64,000 nt of DNA, from positions 1 through 64,000 of IMG/VR virus record IMGVR_UViG_3300047546_001263; one strand, written 5' to 3'. Source of the DNA: a virus. The first letter of the stretch is position 1. Each line of letters starts with the position of its first letter. Position numbers and translations under genes: made by a program. The notes beneath the pieces were generated by a model. The model did not search any database and was not told the origin of the DNA. It saw only the letters and a program-made list of their open reading frames with translations. Shown here piece by piece: positions 1 through 9,356 of this stretch.

Positions 1-211
1 TCTTAGGAACTAATACAATATCTCCTACTTTAGCATTAACTCGAATATAATGTCCAAATTCAGATTGACGTCCTGGTCCTATAGCTATTACTTGACCCAT
101 TTCTGGACGTTCTTTACCCATATCTGGGATTACGATATTACCATACATTTGCTCATCTTCCTCGATAGGTTTAATAAGCACACGGTCATTTTGAGGTTCT
201 AATACTTTCAT
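1..211 (-). CDS. groES: co-chaperonin GroES (3' end runs off the window)
   Basis: Not in ORF track; manual translation MKVLEPQNDRVLIKPIEEDEQMYGNIVIPDMGKERPEMGQVIAIGPGR...VGDIVLVPK matches Cpn10 motifs. Confidence 0.9.
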   Translation of the reverse strand, partial: MKVLEPQNDRVLIKPIEEDEQMYGNIVIPDMGKERPEMGQVIAIGPGRQSEFGHYIRVNAKVGDIVLVPK

Positions 212-237
212 GATGTTTATAACTTGTTTATTAAATT

Positions 238-268
238 TAATATACGAACTATTACTTTAAAATCAAAC
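238..268 (-). promoter_or_regulatory. class A promoter (TTG-N~20-TAnnTTA) upstream of groES
   Basis: Minus strand GTTTGattttaaagtaatagTTCGTATATTA; one of 11 copies. Confidence 0.7.
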
Positions 269-284
269 TCTAGGGCAGAGTTTT

Positions 285-692
285 TTACTTAATTTTTAAA
301 GTTTTTGGTTTAGCTTTTTCCGAAATAGGGATAGCAATTTCTAACAAACCATTTTCAAGCTTAGCTTCTGCTTTACTTAGATCATACTTTGCTGAGATTT
401 TATATCCTAAATCAAAAGAACGTCTTGCTAGACCTCTATGTATTGTTCCGGGATGTAACGTATCATCTTCTTCCGGTTTTTTATAACTAATTTTGAGAAT
501 ATCTTCTTCGATATTCACTTTTACATCTTCCTTTGTAAGACCGGTACATGCGACTTCGAAGTGAAGTTTGTCGTCGGTGTAGAAAATGTTTAAGGGGTGT
601 GGTTGTTTTGCCGTTGCGGCCGAGAGGAATCCACTTGTTGGGTGGAAAAAGTTGTGAAATAAGATGTCGAATTCATTGAAATTTGTACTCAT
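285..692 (-). CDS. small heat-shock protein Hsp20/IbpA family
   Basis: HPLNI...EVACTGLTKEDV...HRGLARRSF...AKLENGLLEI alpha-crystallin motifs. Confidence 0.93.
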   Translation of the reverse strand: MSTNFNEFDILFHNFFHPTSGFLSAATAKQPHPLNIFYTDDKLHFEVACTGLTKEDVKVNIEEDILKISYKKPEEDDTLHPGTIHRGLARRSFDLGYKISAKYDLSKAEAKLENGLLEIAIPISEKAKPKTLKIK

Positions 693-772
693 TTGATTTA
701 CAGTTTGTGAGGTCCTAAGATCCTCGGTTTAACATTTGGTTAATATAACTACTCGCCCTAGAGTCGATTTAA

Positions 773-780
773 TATAAATA
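773..780 (-). promoter_or_regulatory. class B (probably late) promoter motif TATTTATA
   Basis: Recurs upstream of about 15 minus-strand genes, mostly intergenic. Confidence 0.6.
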
Positions 781-782
781 TC

Positions 783-1145
783 TTATGTCCAAAAAACCTG
801 CACACCTATAATAGCGCATGCAAGTAAAAGACATACGAATGTTTTTGTTGTAACCGGTTCATTAAATAGTGCATAACTCATTATATAAAAAACTATAATA
901 CCTATTCCAAACCCTATCAAACGGCTTGGCCATATCTCTCCATTAAAAGCAGCTACAAATTTTTCTACTGATTTAATGAACAGAATAGAAATAGGAATTG
1001 ATATTAATAAGACCCAAAATGGATATTTAGCATACCATCCCCACTTTATATTTCCTTGGAGCTGTAGGAACGTTATGATTTGAGCCAACGTTCCATACAA
1101 TGCTCCTTCTAGTAATAATTTATACATAATAATTTTAGTGCCCAT
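783..1145 (-). CDS. small 4-TM membrane protein (DMT/SMR-like size and topology)
   Basis: Four hydrophobic segments; LFNEPVT..K resembles DMT loop; real start may be a downstream Met. Confidence 0.5.
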   Translation of the reverse strand: MGTKIIMYKLLLEGALYGTLAQIITFLQLQGNIKWGWYAKYPFWVLLISIPISILFIKSVEKFVAAFNGEIWPSRLIGFGIGIIVFYIMSYALFNEPVTTKTFVCLLLACAIIGVQVFWT

Positions 1146-3450
1146 CTCTCCAGTTATCAGAAATCTCTGGTGGTGCTTTTAGGGTTACACCCGGAAGAAC
1201 TGTTGTAGTTTCCATGATGTTTCGTACTATAGGCGCAAACATCTCTGCGTCTTTTTCCGATACGTTTATAATTAACTGGTCATGTACTTGAGCTTGCACT
1301 CTAGCATCAATACCTAGCTCTTTTGCTTTACGGTTAATCTGAACTGCTGCTCGGTTTACTACCGCAGCTGCTAATGATTGTAGTTGAAAGTTGAGACAGT
1401 TATTAAGACCATTACGGTAATCTCTATAAAGAGCCATTACCTCGTCCTTACCGTACTGAGTTGCTAGTTCATTTCTAAACTTCCAATCCATGATCTTTTC
1501 TCCGTATCTATCATAAATTCGTTTTACCTTAGGTAAGTGACGAATACGTCCTACATAGTTAGTAATAAAACCATGCTCTTTAATTTGCTTACGAGAGTTT
1601 TCTCTCCAAGACTTTAATTCAGGGAAGCCATCTAAGTAACCTTGTACGAGCTTCTCTGCTTCTTTCTGAGGAATACCTAACGTCATACCTAAAGCATAAG
1701 CCTCCATACCGTAGGCAATTCCTAGTGAGTATGCTTTAGCCTGGTTACGTTTAACCGGATCTAGTTTTTTAAGATAGTTAGGAGCTTTCTTATCTGGAGA
1801 AACACCTTCTAGTTTCTCAGTCTGAATAGCTACAGTAGAGTAGAAATCCCATCCGTTATTAAAGATCTCTTGGAGTTTAATATCACCTGCTACAGAAGCA
1901 AAACAGTGAGGTTCTAGAGATTCGTAATCGGCATCGATTACTTTACGTCCTTTACCTGCAATCAAAAATGCACGAACGATGTTAGTATATTTTACGATGA
2001 TAGGAGCATCTTCTCCTTCTTCTTTAGGCTTAGGTAATTGTTGAGCATCAGAACCATATCGTCCAGATACAGTACCGTTCTGCTTAAAGTAGAAATAGTA
2101 ACGACCATCTTCTGAACCGTCAATAAAACGGTCAATATAGGTAGACTTGATCTTAAGTAACTTATTATAGATTCGTAGATTTTCTGCCCAAGTATATTCT
2201 TTAGATAAGTCCTCTAACATCTCCATATCAAATTGATCGGTTCCTTTAGTAGTTTTAGACTTAGCCTTGATGCCCATATACTTAAATACAATCTCACCTA
2301 AGTGCTTTTTAGATTGAATGTTAATGTACTCACCGTCATTAGCTTCTTTCCACATCGACATCGAAATACGAGCAACCTCTAATGGATCTAGTAATTTAAC
2401 ATCCCCGGTAAGTAAGAATTCTTTATAGATAGAATCTTCTAGTTCAGAAACAGTCTTATTAGTAATAGAGTATTTACCAGTCTTCTCAGATCGAGGTAAA
2501 GGTAGAGAATACCTTTTACATAGTTCTTGAGCCCAGTTACCTTTATTAGTAGGTGGATAGTTATTGAATGCAGTATCCATAACCCAGTTCTTACCGTCAT
2601 CAGTAGCTAAAAGACTCTTCATTACGATCTTCTTATTCTCAATAAGATCTGCCTGTATCTCAGTGTGTACCTGACGAAGTAAATCCATATCAAGATCAAC
2701 ACCATACTCTTCCATTGGAACAGTAACTTCACGGTAGATAGGCATTACCTCATCTTCAAAGAAAAACTTCTCTAGATTTTCATCTTTAAGTTTCTGGAGG
2801 TATAGGTTACATATACGTAAAGTTAAGTCGGTATCGGCAGCAGCATACTTAGATAAAATCTCCATATCAGCTTTATAGATTTCAAAGCTTTCTTTAGTGA
2901 TACTACCTCCGTTTTTCTTAATAGATTCTTTTAGTTCAATTTGCTCTTGGTTAGCAGCAGTCTCTACATCTAGCCCTAAAGCTTTTTGATTCATAATAGC
3001 AATAGACTTCAATCCAAAAGGATTACCGAAACCAAAAGCACCTTCCTCATAAACTGTATGTACAAGTAAACCTGTATCTACCCAAAGATCTTCTAATAGG
3101 TCAATTCCATAATAATTCTTTACAAATCGAGTATCGAAAGAGGCATTATGCATTACTAATTTCTTACCTTTTAACATAGGAAGAAGCTTCTTAGTAATAC
3201 TATGAGCTCCTTTACCCCCAATAGTACATTCCTCTAATTGCTGTAAAGTAGGATTCCATACCTGAGTTGGTAAGTAGAAACCTATACCTTCTTCTCCTGA
3301 TACTGACCATCCTACAATACTGCCTTTACGCATGTTAAGGGAGTCAGTCTCTGTATCGAATGCTAGCACTTCTGAAGCATTAATATGTTCGATTAGTAGG
3401 TTAACTAACTCTACAGAATCTACGGTGTAGTATTTTTTTTCTATATTCAT
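1135..3450 (-). CDS. polA: family A DNA polymerase with 3'-5' exonuclease
   Basis: ExoI FDTET, ExoII HNASFD, ExoIII YAAAD; motif A DADYESLE, motif B RNQAKAYSLGIAYG, motif C VHDQ. Confidence 0.95.
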   Translation of the reverse strand: MNIEKKYYTVDSVELVNLLIEHINASEVLAFDTETDSLNMRKGSIVGWSVSGEEGIGFYLPTQVWNPTLQQLEECTIGGKGAHSITKKLLPMLKGKKLVMHNASFDTRFVKNYYGIDLLEDLWVDTGLLVHTVYEEGAFGFGNPFGLKSIAIMNQKALGLDVETAANQEQIELKESIKKNGGSITKESFEIYKADMEILSKYAAADTDLTLRICNLYLQKLKDENLEKFFFEDEVMPIYREVTVPMEEYGVDLDMDLLRQVHTEIQADLIENKKIVMKSLLATDDGKNWVMDTAFNNYPPTNKGNWAQELCKRYSLPLPRSEKTGKYSITNKTVSELEDSIYKEFLLTGDVKLLDPLEVARISMSMWKEANDGEYINIQSKKHLGEIVFKYMGIKAKSKTTKGTDQFDMEMLEDLSKEYTWAENLRIYNKLLKIKSTYIDRFIDGSEDGRYYFYFKQNGTVSGRYGSDAQQLPKPKEEGEDAPIIVKYTNIVRAFLIAGKGRKVIDADYESLEPHCFASVAGDIKLQEIFNNGWDFYSTVAIQTEKLEGVSPDKKAPNYLKKLDPVKRNQAKAYSLGIAYGMEAYALGMTLGIPQKEAEKLVQGYLDGFPELKSWRENSRKQIKEHGFITNYVGRIRHLPKVKRIYDRYGEKIMDWKFRNELATQYGKDEVMALYRDYRNGLNNCLNFQLQSLAAAVVNRAAVQINRKAKELGIDARVQAQVHDQLIINVSEKDAEMFAPIVRNIMETTTVLPGVTLKAPPEISDNWRDGH

Positions 3451-3914
3451 TATGCAAATTTTTCGATTAAAGGATTCTTATCTACAGGTAACCATACTCC
3501 AATGCTGCCATCTTTCAAATGAGAGGTCTTAATACTACGATCTTTTAATCGTTTATCAATGTAACCTCTCATCTCATTGACGCTATAAAAGTATATATTC
3601 TTAGTATATACACTATAGCAAAATATCCAGTCAGATTTAGTTGTATTAAACCAACCTAACTTACCGGTGCCTTTATAAAGCTCCATGAACGTAAGTCCTG
3701 ATTCACCGATATTAGCCTTTGCATCACCTCTATCCCAGGTGTTAGTCTTTCGATTAAAGAATTCGAAATCTAAACCTTTTTGTTGATAGCCTTTAAATGC
3801 AGAGTAATCGGTTAGGTCTTTTACTTCTGTAATCTGACTTAGAGCTTGAATAACTGCGTATTCCCCTACTCTACCCTTCTCTAACTTTAATTGAAAATCT
3901 TCTTTTGTAGCCAT
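3450..3914 (-). CDS. putative PD-(D/E)xK nuclease (start reassigned to ATG at 3914)
   Basis: GE..V / GLDF / DAK pattern; track start overlaps a terminator and promoter. Confidence 0.5.
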   Translation of the reverse strand: MATKEDFQLKLEKGRVGEYAVIQALSQITEVKDLTDYSAFKGYQQKGLDFEFFNRKTNTWDRGDAKANIGESGLTFMELYKGTGKLGWFNTTKSDWIFCYSVYTKNIYFYSVNEMRGYIDKRLKDRSIKTSHLKDGSIGVWLPVDKNPLIEKFA

Positions 3915-3938
3915 ATTATAACCTTTATTATTATACCT

Positions 3939-3969
3939 TAATGTACGAAAAAAAAGGGGAAGTTCCAAC
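3939..3969 (-). promoter_or_regulatory. class A promoter driving nuclease-polA
   Basis: GTTGgaacttccccttttttTTCGTACATTA. Confidence 0.65.
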
Positions 3970-3978
3970 TGCTTCCCC
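3948..3978 (-). terminator. intrinsic terminator overlapping the promoter
   Basis: GGGGAAG-cagttggaa-CTTCCCC followed by T8. Confidence 0.75.
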
Positions 3979-3984
3979 TATTAT

Positions 3985-4248
3985 TTAATACTCTCCGTAA
4001 AGATCAAATTTCTCTGGTTCCGGAGGGGTAACTGTGATTTCCTGCTCACGGATTGCGTAAAGCTTTCCGGCAAGTGGATCTAATCTATATGCTCCTTTAA
4101 ACTTAGTCTTACGTAGGTAGGTTGTCAATGTTGGAACCAACCCTTCTATAACAACTCCTAAATCTATGTTCAGCTCCCAGTTATCACCAGGAGGAACACG
4201 GGTAGCAATATGCTCTGTAAATTCTTGTTTAATTACTTCTGTTGCCAT
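3985..4248 (-). CDS. hypothetical protein
   Basis: ORF coupled to queF stop. Confidence 0.6.
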   Translation of the reverse strand: MATEVIKQEFTEHIATRVPPGDNWELNIDLGVVIEGLVPTLTTYLRKTKFKGAYRLDPLAGKLYAIREQEITVTPPEPEKFDLYGEY

Positions 4249-5159
4249 TATTGACGTAACGTTTTAGCGATAGTATATTCTGGATCTGTAAAGAAATCTG
4301 GGATTAAGCTTTGGTGTGTAGCTCGAATAGGATTAATATCTAAACCTCCTCTACGGGTATACAAACAAGCCACCATTAACTGTTCTGGATTGTAAGCATC
4401 AGTTAAATGCTTGAATACCATTTCACAAATCTCTTCATGAAAGTGAGAAACAGTTCTATGGGAAACAATATACTTTGCTAACGATTCAGCAGAAGGTATG
4501 TTATTACCTATAATACGAATATAAACATCACCCCAATCTGGTTGATTTGTTACTCTACAGTTTGAACGTAGTAAATTAGATTTAACTTTCATATCTACAA
4601 GCTGGTCTGATACTCCTGCAACGTCTAACTGAGAAGCATCTGATTTAAAAGAAGTAAAGTCTACTTTATCTAAGTCAGCAGCTTCAGCTAAATCGGTATA
4701 GCCTACAAAAGTTAACGGATTAGCTTCGTCACTAGATGAATAAAAACTAACAGTAGTCTCTGTACTTAGCAATTCATCTAAATCTCTCTTTACTCTAGCT
4801 TCAATACCTGCAATACAATCTGCTGCAGTATCTCCGATACGAGTCATATTGAAAGAGTTTAAATATAACTTAATAGATTTAGATTCTACGTGAAATTCCG
4901 AAGATGCAGGACATACAATCTTTAACATACCTGCTACAGGCTGTCCTTTAGTTGTAATAGCTGAAACTTCATATGCATTCCAAGTATCTACTCCTACAAA
5001 TTCCTTGCCTGTCAACTCATACGCTTCACGGTTTAAGTAACGAGGGATTTTAACTAGTAACTCTGGATCGTAAGTATCTTTATAACCTTCACCACCGACT
5101 TTACCTAAATGCTTACCAGCAATGGCTACTACTGCTTCTTGATTTTTTTCGTTTGACAT
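4248..5159 (-). CDS. queF: NADPH-dependent preQ0 reductase QueF (bimodular)
   Basis: QueF motif VESKSIKLYLNSF; catalytic LLRSNCRVTNQPDWG; FHEE; YTRRGGLDINP. Confidence 0.95.
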   Translation of the reverse strand: MSNEKNQEAVVAIAGKHLGKVGGEGYKDTYDPELLVKIPRYLNREAYELTGKEFVGVDTWNAYEVSAITTKGQPVAGMLKIVCPASSEFHVESKSIKLYLNSFNMTRIGDTAADCIAGIEARVKRDLDELLSTETTVSFYSSSDEANPLTFVGYTDLAEAADLDKVDFTSFKSDASQLDVAGVSDQLVDMKVKSNLLRSNCRVTNQPDWGDVYIRIIGNNIPSAESLAKYIVSHRTVSHFHEEICEMVFKHLTDAYNPEQLMVACLYTRRGGLDINPIRATHQSLIPDFFTDPEYTIAKTLRQ

Positions 5160-5160
5160 A

Positions 5161-5679
5161 TTATTTTATAAAATTTAAAATTTGATCTACTCTTTGCATA
5201 GGTGAACCAGTTATAGTTAAGTAAGGTTGTCTAACTGTTTCTAATTCTGATTTAAAACGTTCATCTATCTTCTTTCTCCACTCTTCATTAACACTTCTCA
5301 CTCCATCATCTACTGATTCGAATTCAATAGGAAAATAAACATAATGTGTATATTCTCCTTTGATTCTATTCCAAGTATCTTGAATAAAGTCATGAGTACC
5401 TCTATCTATACCGTCCATGAAACAAGTATAAACTAAAACGTCCATATAACATCTATCTAAGACTAAGTTATAAGGTTTAAGTAAAGCTTCTAAGTGAAAA
5501 GAACTAATAGCTAACTGAGTAGCATCACTACCATACTCGTTGATAGGAAATCCATAACTTGCTACAGTTCGAGTAGATTCATTTATAAACTCATACTTAG
5601 GTAATTTATTCTTAAGAAGCTCATATACCGTAGTCTTACCTGTACTACTTGCTCCTACTAATGCTATTCTTTTTATCAT
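5161..5679 (-). CDS. P-loop nucleotide kinase-like protein (NadR/AAA_28 type)
   Basis: GASSTGKTT, LDRC..D, DDGVR motifs. Confidence 0.8.
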   Translation of the reverse strand: MIKRIALVGASSTGKTTVYELLKNKLPKYEFINESTRTVASYGFPINEYGSDATQLAISSFHLEALLKPYNLVLDRCYMDVLVYTCFMDGIDRGTHDFIQDTWNRIKGEYTHYVYFPIEFESVDDGVRSVNEEWRKKIDERFKSELETVRQPYLTITGSPMQRVDQILNFIK

Positions 5680-6242
5680 GACAAAACTACTTTTAAAAAC
5701 TTATACCACATATACAATGCCTTATCTCTTAATGTAAGATAAAAAGCTCGTTCATCCAACCCTTCTTGTAAAAATTCTTCATAATCTATAACTTCTCCTT
5801 CGTCAACTCCAGCAGTTACTTTATGTAAAACCGCTCCTGCTGTTACGTATTGCTTAAAAGATCTTTCTTGAGGATCTTTACCTTTTAATTCTGGATACTT
5901 TGTAATAAGCCCTGGGTGTCCGTTAAAGATTCTATATCTATCACAAATCTCAGGAGGCATTACTCTTAACCATCCGTGCAAGGTAACTACTAGTTTCTCA
6001 GGCGGAGCTAGATGATTAAATAGATACTCGTAATCCTGTAATGTAGGTTTATTCGGAGTTACATAGAAAAAAGGTAATTTTAGTATCCTCTCATCTACCT
6101 TACGTAAATGCTCTGGTCTTTCATTAGTCACAATTAAATTAGGCCATCTACCTAATTTCTCAGACAATGCTACTATCTCAGAACCTGTTTGAGAAAAGAA
6201 AGCTACCCACTGATTGCTAGTATTTGGTTGATCCGTTTGCAA
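5676..6242 (-). CDS. PurN-like formyltransferase, probable DpdN-type preQ1 formyltransferase
   Basis: FFSQTGS, NGHPG, AGAVLHKVTAGVDEGEVI formyltransferase motifs; sits between queF and DpdA-like gene. Confidence 0.8.
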   Translation of the reverse strand: MQTDQPNTSNQWVAFFSQTGSEIVALSEKLGRWPNLIVTNERPEHLRKVDERILKLPFFYVTPNKPTLQDYEYLFNHLAPPEKLVVTLHGWLRVMPPEICDRYRIFNGHPGLITKYPELKGKDPQERSFKQYVTAGAVLHKVTAGVDEGEVIDYEEFLQEGLDERAFYLTLRDKALYMWYKFLKVVLS

Positions 6243-7020
6243 ATTGTCTAAATCTTTGAATGTTAAATAATACCTTACTTACGTCTTCTACATTAGCATT
6301 AATCATCTCAAATAATTTTTGAGACTCTTTATCCCATAAACCTTCTTCTTTGTACTCAATGCCCTTAATACCATGAACTACCGGGTTAGACGTATCTAGT
6401 GAATAAATCCAGTCGTAATTTGCATGCTTATAGAATGCAAACTCTTGAGGTAATCCACATCCAAGTAAATGATGAGGTTTATCTACATTAATAACACCGT
6501 CTTTAAGTAGATCTCCAAGTAACTTCACACGTCCTAACATCCAGCTAACATACTTATTAGGATGTGGTACTGATTGTGTATAATACGAGTAGTCAAAAGA
6601 TATAGCTATCATATCTACGTTAGCTACCTTATCCATATGTTGATAACATTCAACTATCTGCTTATAGGTTCTTCCTTGAACTACCCCTATCTTTTTATTT
6701 TTAATTTCTGAATACTTACTATTCCACATATCCATAGAAGCCATAGTTTTAACACTATCTTCTAATACGTCTGGTACTATATACCAAGTAGGGTTTAGTT
6801 TCTTAATCCACCATGCAAATTCTTCTGAATCAAATGCATTTCCTAATTCAAAAATAGAATTATCTAGAATTACCTCTCTACCTTTCTCAATAGCATCATA
6901 AAATAAGTCATAGTACTCATAATCTTCTGCAAATAAATGCACTAAAGCATAATCGTAGTCTGTATACTGTTGAACAGTTTCAAAAATACTTTTTGGAGAT
7001 TCGTGAGCTATCTTAATCAT
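6217..7020 (-). CDS. dpdA: TGT-fold DpdA-like 7-deazaguanine transglycosylase (DpdA3-like)
   Basis: ILDNSIFE, VPDV, GVVQG, HHLLG, SLDTS motifs of the TGT/DpdA barrel; que gene context. Confidence 0.75.
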   Translation of the reverse strand: MIKIAHESPKSIFETVQQYTDYDYALVHLFAEDYEYYDLFYDAIEKGREVILDNSIFELGNAFDSEEFAWWIKKLNPTWYIVPDVLEDSVKTMASMDMWNSKYSEIKNKKIGVVQGRTYKQIVECYQHMDKVANVDMIAISFDYSYYTQSVPHPNKYVSWMLGRVKLLGDLLKDGVINVDKPHHLLGCGLPQEFAFYKHANYDWIYSLDTSNPVVHGIKGIEYKEEGLWDKESQKLFEMINANVEDVSKVLFNIQRFRQFANGSTKY

Positions 7021-7207
7021 TTGTTATATCGTTTAGAGTTTTTTGAACATCTTGCAATTGCTCTGCTAACTTGTCAAGTAAATCATCTGCTTGCTTTGTT
7101 AGGTCAACATTATTTAACAGAGAAATAACTGCCGATAAAGGCACCATTTCAGTCTGGTATGCTTGTACGTAGACAGCATGCTTTTTTACATCTTCTATTA
7201 ACGACAT
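7013..7207 (-). CDS. hypothetical protein
   Basis: Coupled ORF within operon. Confidence 0.55.
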   Translation of the reverse strand: MSLIEDVKKHAVYVQAYQTEMVPLSAVISLLNNVDLTKQADDLLDKLAEQLQDVQKTLNDITND

Positions 7208-7677
7208 TAGAAAAACTTTTTTAGATCTGGTTTAAAATAATTTACCGACTTCATTACCTTTCTATCTCTAGTTCGGTATACAATATAGAAGTCTCCTACC
7301 TTCTCGTAATGACAAGGCTCTCCTTGCTGCTCAGAACGTACATTAACAGTCTCAATAGCCTCTTCTTCTGATTTACAAGCTTTAGACATATTAGATGCTT
7401 GAACTTCCGCATAAGCGTCATTGAACTTATCTTTAAGTCCGTGTAACATTACACCATTACCTAACGATACGTAAGTAATATCACATAAAGCATCTAATAC
7501 TTCTACAATATCACCTTTCTCACATGCTTCTTTATACTCTTCTAGTTCTTCTAGAATAAAGTTATATACAAATTCCCACTCTTTACGTTCAGGTATAACT
7601 GGGGTATAGTTATTTGGTTTACCGAAGGTAGCGTTAAATAGCTCTACTTCGTTCACAAAAGGTACGTTATTTTTCAT
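7207..7677 (-). CDS. MazG-like all-alpha NTP pyrophosphohydrolase (DR2231/PRA-PH type)
   Basis: EELEEY..A.....VEVLDALCDITYV and VQASNMSK. Confidence 0.88.
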   Translation of the reverse strand: MKNNVPFVNEVELFNATFGKPNNYTPVIPERKEWEFVYNFILEELEEYKEACEKGDIVEVLDALCDITYVSLGNGVMLHGLKDKFNDAYAEVQASNMSKACKSEEEAIETVNVRSEQQGEPCHYEKVGDFYIVYRTRDRKVMKSVNYFKPDLKKFF

Positions 7678-7682
7678 ATACT

Positions 7683-7713
7683 TAATTTACGAAATTAATC
7701 AATAGGAAGCAAC
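7683..7713 (-). promoter_or_regulatory. class A promoter driving mazG-dpdA-formyltransferase-kinase-queF
   Basis: GTTGcttcctattgattaatTTCGTAAATTA. Confidence 0.7.
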
Positions 7714-7716
7714 TTA

Positions 7717-8427
7717 TTAGTTGCGACATTTTCCTGCTAATTCTATATTCTTATAGAACTCAGCTCTACAAGAATCTTCTTTTAAGAATGCTCCTGAAAG
7801 TTTAGCTGTCTGCATTGATGCTCCATTATGTTTAGTACCTCGGCAAGATACACAATTATGTGTTGCATCTACCATTACAGCTACTCCTTCGTTACCTTCG
7901 CAGATCTTATCAATAGCATGATGAATAGCTACTGTTAATTGCTCTTGGATAGCTCCTCGACGACCGAAGTATTCTACAATACGGTTTAGTTTAGATAATC
8001 CAATAACCTTACCGTCTTTTCCTGGGATGTAAGCAACACTAACTCGACCTTGAATAGTCTGGTGATGGTGAGAACACATAGAGGTTAGTGGTATATTACT
8101 CTCCTGTACTAACCCGTCATAACCGTCTGATGGAAATGCTGTAATTTCTGGTGGTGCTGAGAATCGACCTGCCCATAAGTCGTTTACATATGCTTTTGCT
8201 ACTCGACGTGGAGTGTCGGATGAGTTTGGATCATTTCTCCAATCACACCCCAAAGCATCTAAGAACTTACCGAATGCTTCTGCAGCGTTTGAGATAATTT
8301 CATATTTCTCAGAGTCGGTAAGATGAACATCTACCATTTTACTAATTTTTTGCTTCTCAGCTAACTGTGTGGATAAACCATTTGCGTAACCTGCTTCGGT
8401 TACCTCTAACGAATACTTCTTCTTCAT
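7717..8427 (-). CDS. folE: GTP cyclohydrolase I
   Basis: DTPRRVAK, SMCSHH, GLSKLNR, IQEQLT, HNCVSCRG. Confidence 0.96.
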   Translation of the reverse strand: MKKKYSLEVTEAGYANGLSTQLAEKQKISKMVDVHLTDSEKYEIISNAAEAFGKFLDALGCDWRNDPNSSDTPRRVAKAYVNDLWAGRFSAPPEITAFPSDGYDGLVQESNIPLTSMCSHHHQTIQGRVSVAYIPGKDGKVIGLSKLNRIVEYFGRRGAIQEQLTVAIHHAIDKICEGNEGVAVMVDATHNCVSCRGTKHNGASMQTAKLSGAFLKEDSCRAEFYKNIELAGKCRN

Positions 8428-8434
8428 TTTATAT

Positions 8435-8464
8435 GTTTGTTTTTAAAGTGGTGCTACGACACTA
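8435..8464 (-). ncRNA. preQ1-I riboswitch-like aptamer in folE leader
   Basis: UAGUG-UCGUAGCAC-CACU-UUAAAAACAAAC between promoter and AUG; second copy at 11759. Confidence 0.7.
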
Positions 8465-8472
8465 CTATAACT

Positions 8473-8502
8473 TAATTTACGAAAACTTAATTTAAGATCC
8501 AA
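8473..8502 (-). promoter_or_regulatory. class A promoter of folE
   Basis: TTGgatcttaaattaagttTTCGTAAATTA. Confidence 0.7.
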
Positions 8503-8503
8503 A

Positions 8504-8926
8504 TTATTTCAAGTAATCTTGAATAGAATCACTATCTTTATTTTCCCAAGGAAATACTAACCACCTAGCATCATCGATTAGTTCGCAATACTTATCCGGA
8601 ACGTACTTACTATTATGTCTAAATGCTAATGCTAAGGTTAAAAATTCATAAGCATCAATTTCTGCAAAAGTAATTCCTGTATCACAAATATCGTCTACAA
8701 CTAGGGTTTTATGTCTTAACCTAGTAGGTAGTAATTTAGCTTCTGCTAAACTTATAAACTTTATTTTATATCTATGAGAAATTAAAACTGCAGGGATTAA
8801 ACCTCCTCTTGGTAAACCGGTAACATACATTACGGGTTCTTGACAATCTAACCACATTCCAATTTTATCAATTTGACTCTCTACCCACTCCCAGGTAAGG
8901 TCTCTCGTGATTATAATTTCTCTCAT
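8504..8926 (-). CDS. type I phosphoribosyltransferase (Gpt/xanthine-guanine PRT-like)
   Basis: GLPRGGLIPA, LVVDDICDTGIT, WLVFPWE. Confidence 0.9.
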   Translation of the reverse strand: MREIIITRDLTWEWVESQIDKIGMWLDCQEPVMYVTGLPRGGLIPAVLISHRYKIKFISLAEAKLLPTRLRHKTLVVDDICDTGITFAEIDAYEFLTLALAFRHNSKYVPDKYCELIDDARWLVFPWENKDSDSIQDYLK

Positions 8927-9351
8927 TAATCCTTTATATCATTCTTACCGTTTGTATAATGCCATAAACTTCCAGAAGGATAACCATATGTAGTCGTGGT
9001 TGTCATACCGCTTAAACCTAAAGGACTGTTTATTGTAGTAATAGATCCTACACCTGGTGTAGTTGTTATAACTCCGGTTCCTCCACCTGTACCATTTGGT
9101 AAAAAAGGGTTATTAATACCGGGTACATCTCCTACATAGTAAGGATTAATTTTATGAGGCTCTTGCCATCTTGGGTACGGTTCATGTACTCTAAATGTAT
9201 TAGGATCTGAAAGTATACCTCCTAATGGGAATGAATCATCTACCTCTTTTAACTTATCTTTTAATGCATCCCATTGTTTTGGAGTTGGTGCGTACTCATG
9301 GCAAGCTTCTACAAAACCTTGCATCCATGTAACAAATTCTTTTGATGTCAT
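8926..9351 (-). CDS. hypothetical protein
   Basis: N-terminal FVTWMQGFVE..TPKQW segment plus low-complexity tail. Confidence 0.6.
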   Translation of the reverse strand: MTSKEFVTWMQGFVEACHEYAPTPKQWDALKDKLKEVDDSFPLGGILSDPNTFRVHEPYPRWQEPHKINPYYVGDVPGINNPFLPNGTGGGTGVITTTPGVGSITTINSPLGLSGMTTTTTYGYPSGSLWHYTNGKNDIKD

Positions 9352-9356
9352 AACTT

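Noticed and set aside
5676-6242. purN as an auxiliary purine biosynthesis gene
   Set aside because: No other pur genes; position between queF and DpdA-like gene favours preQ1 formylation
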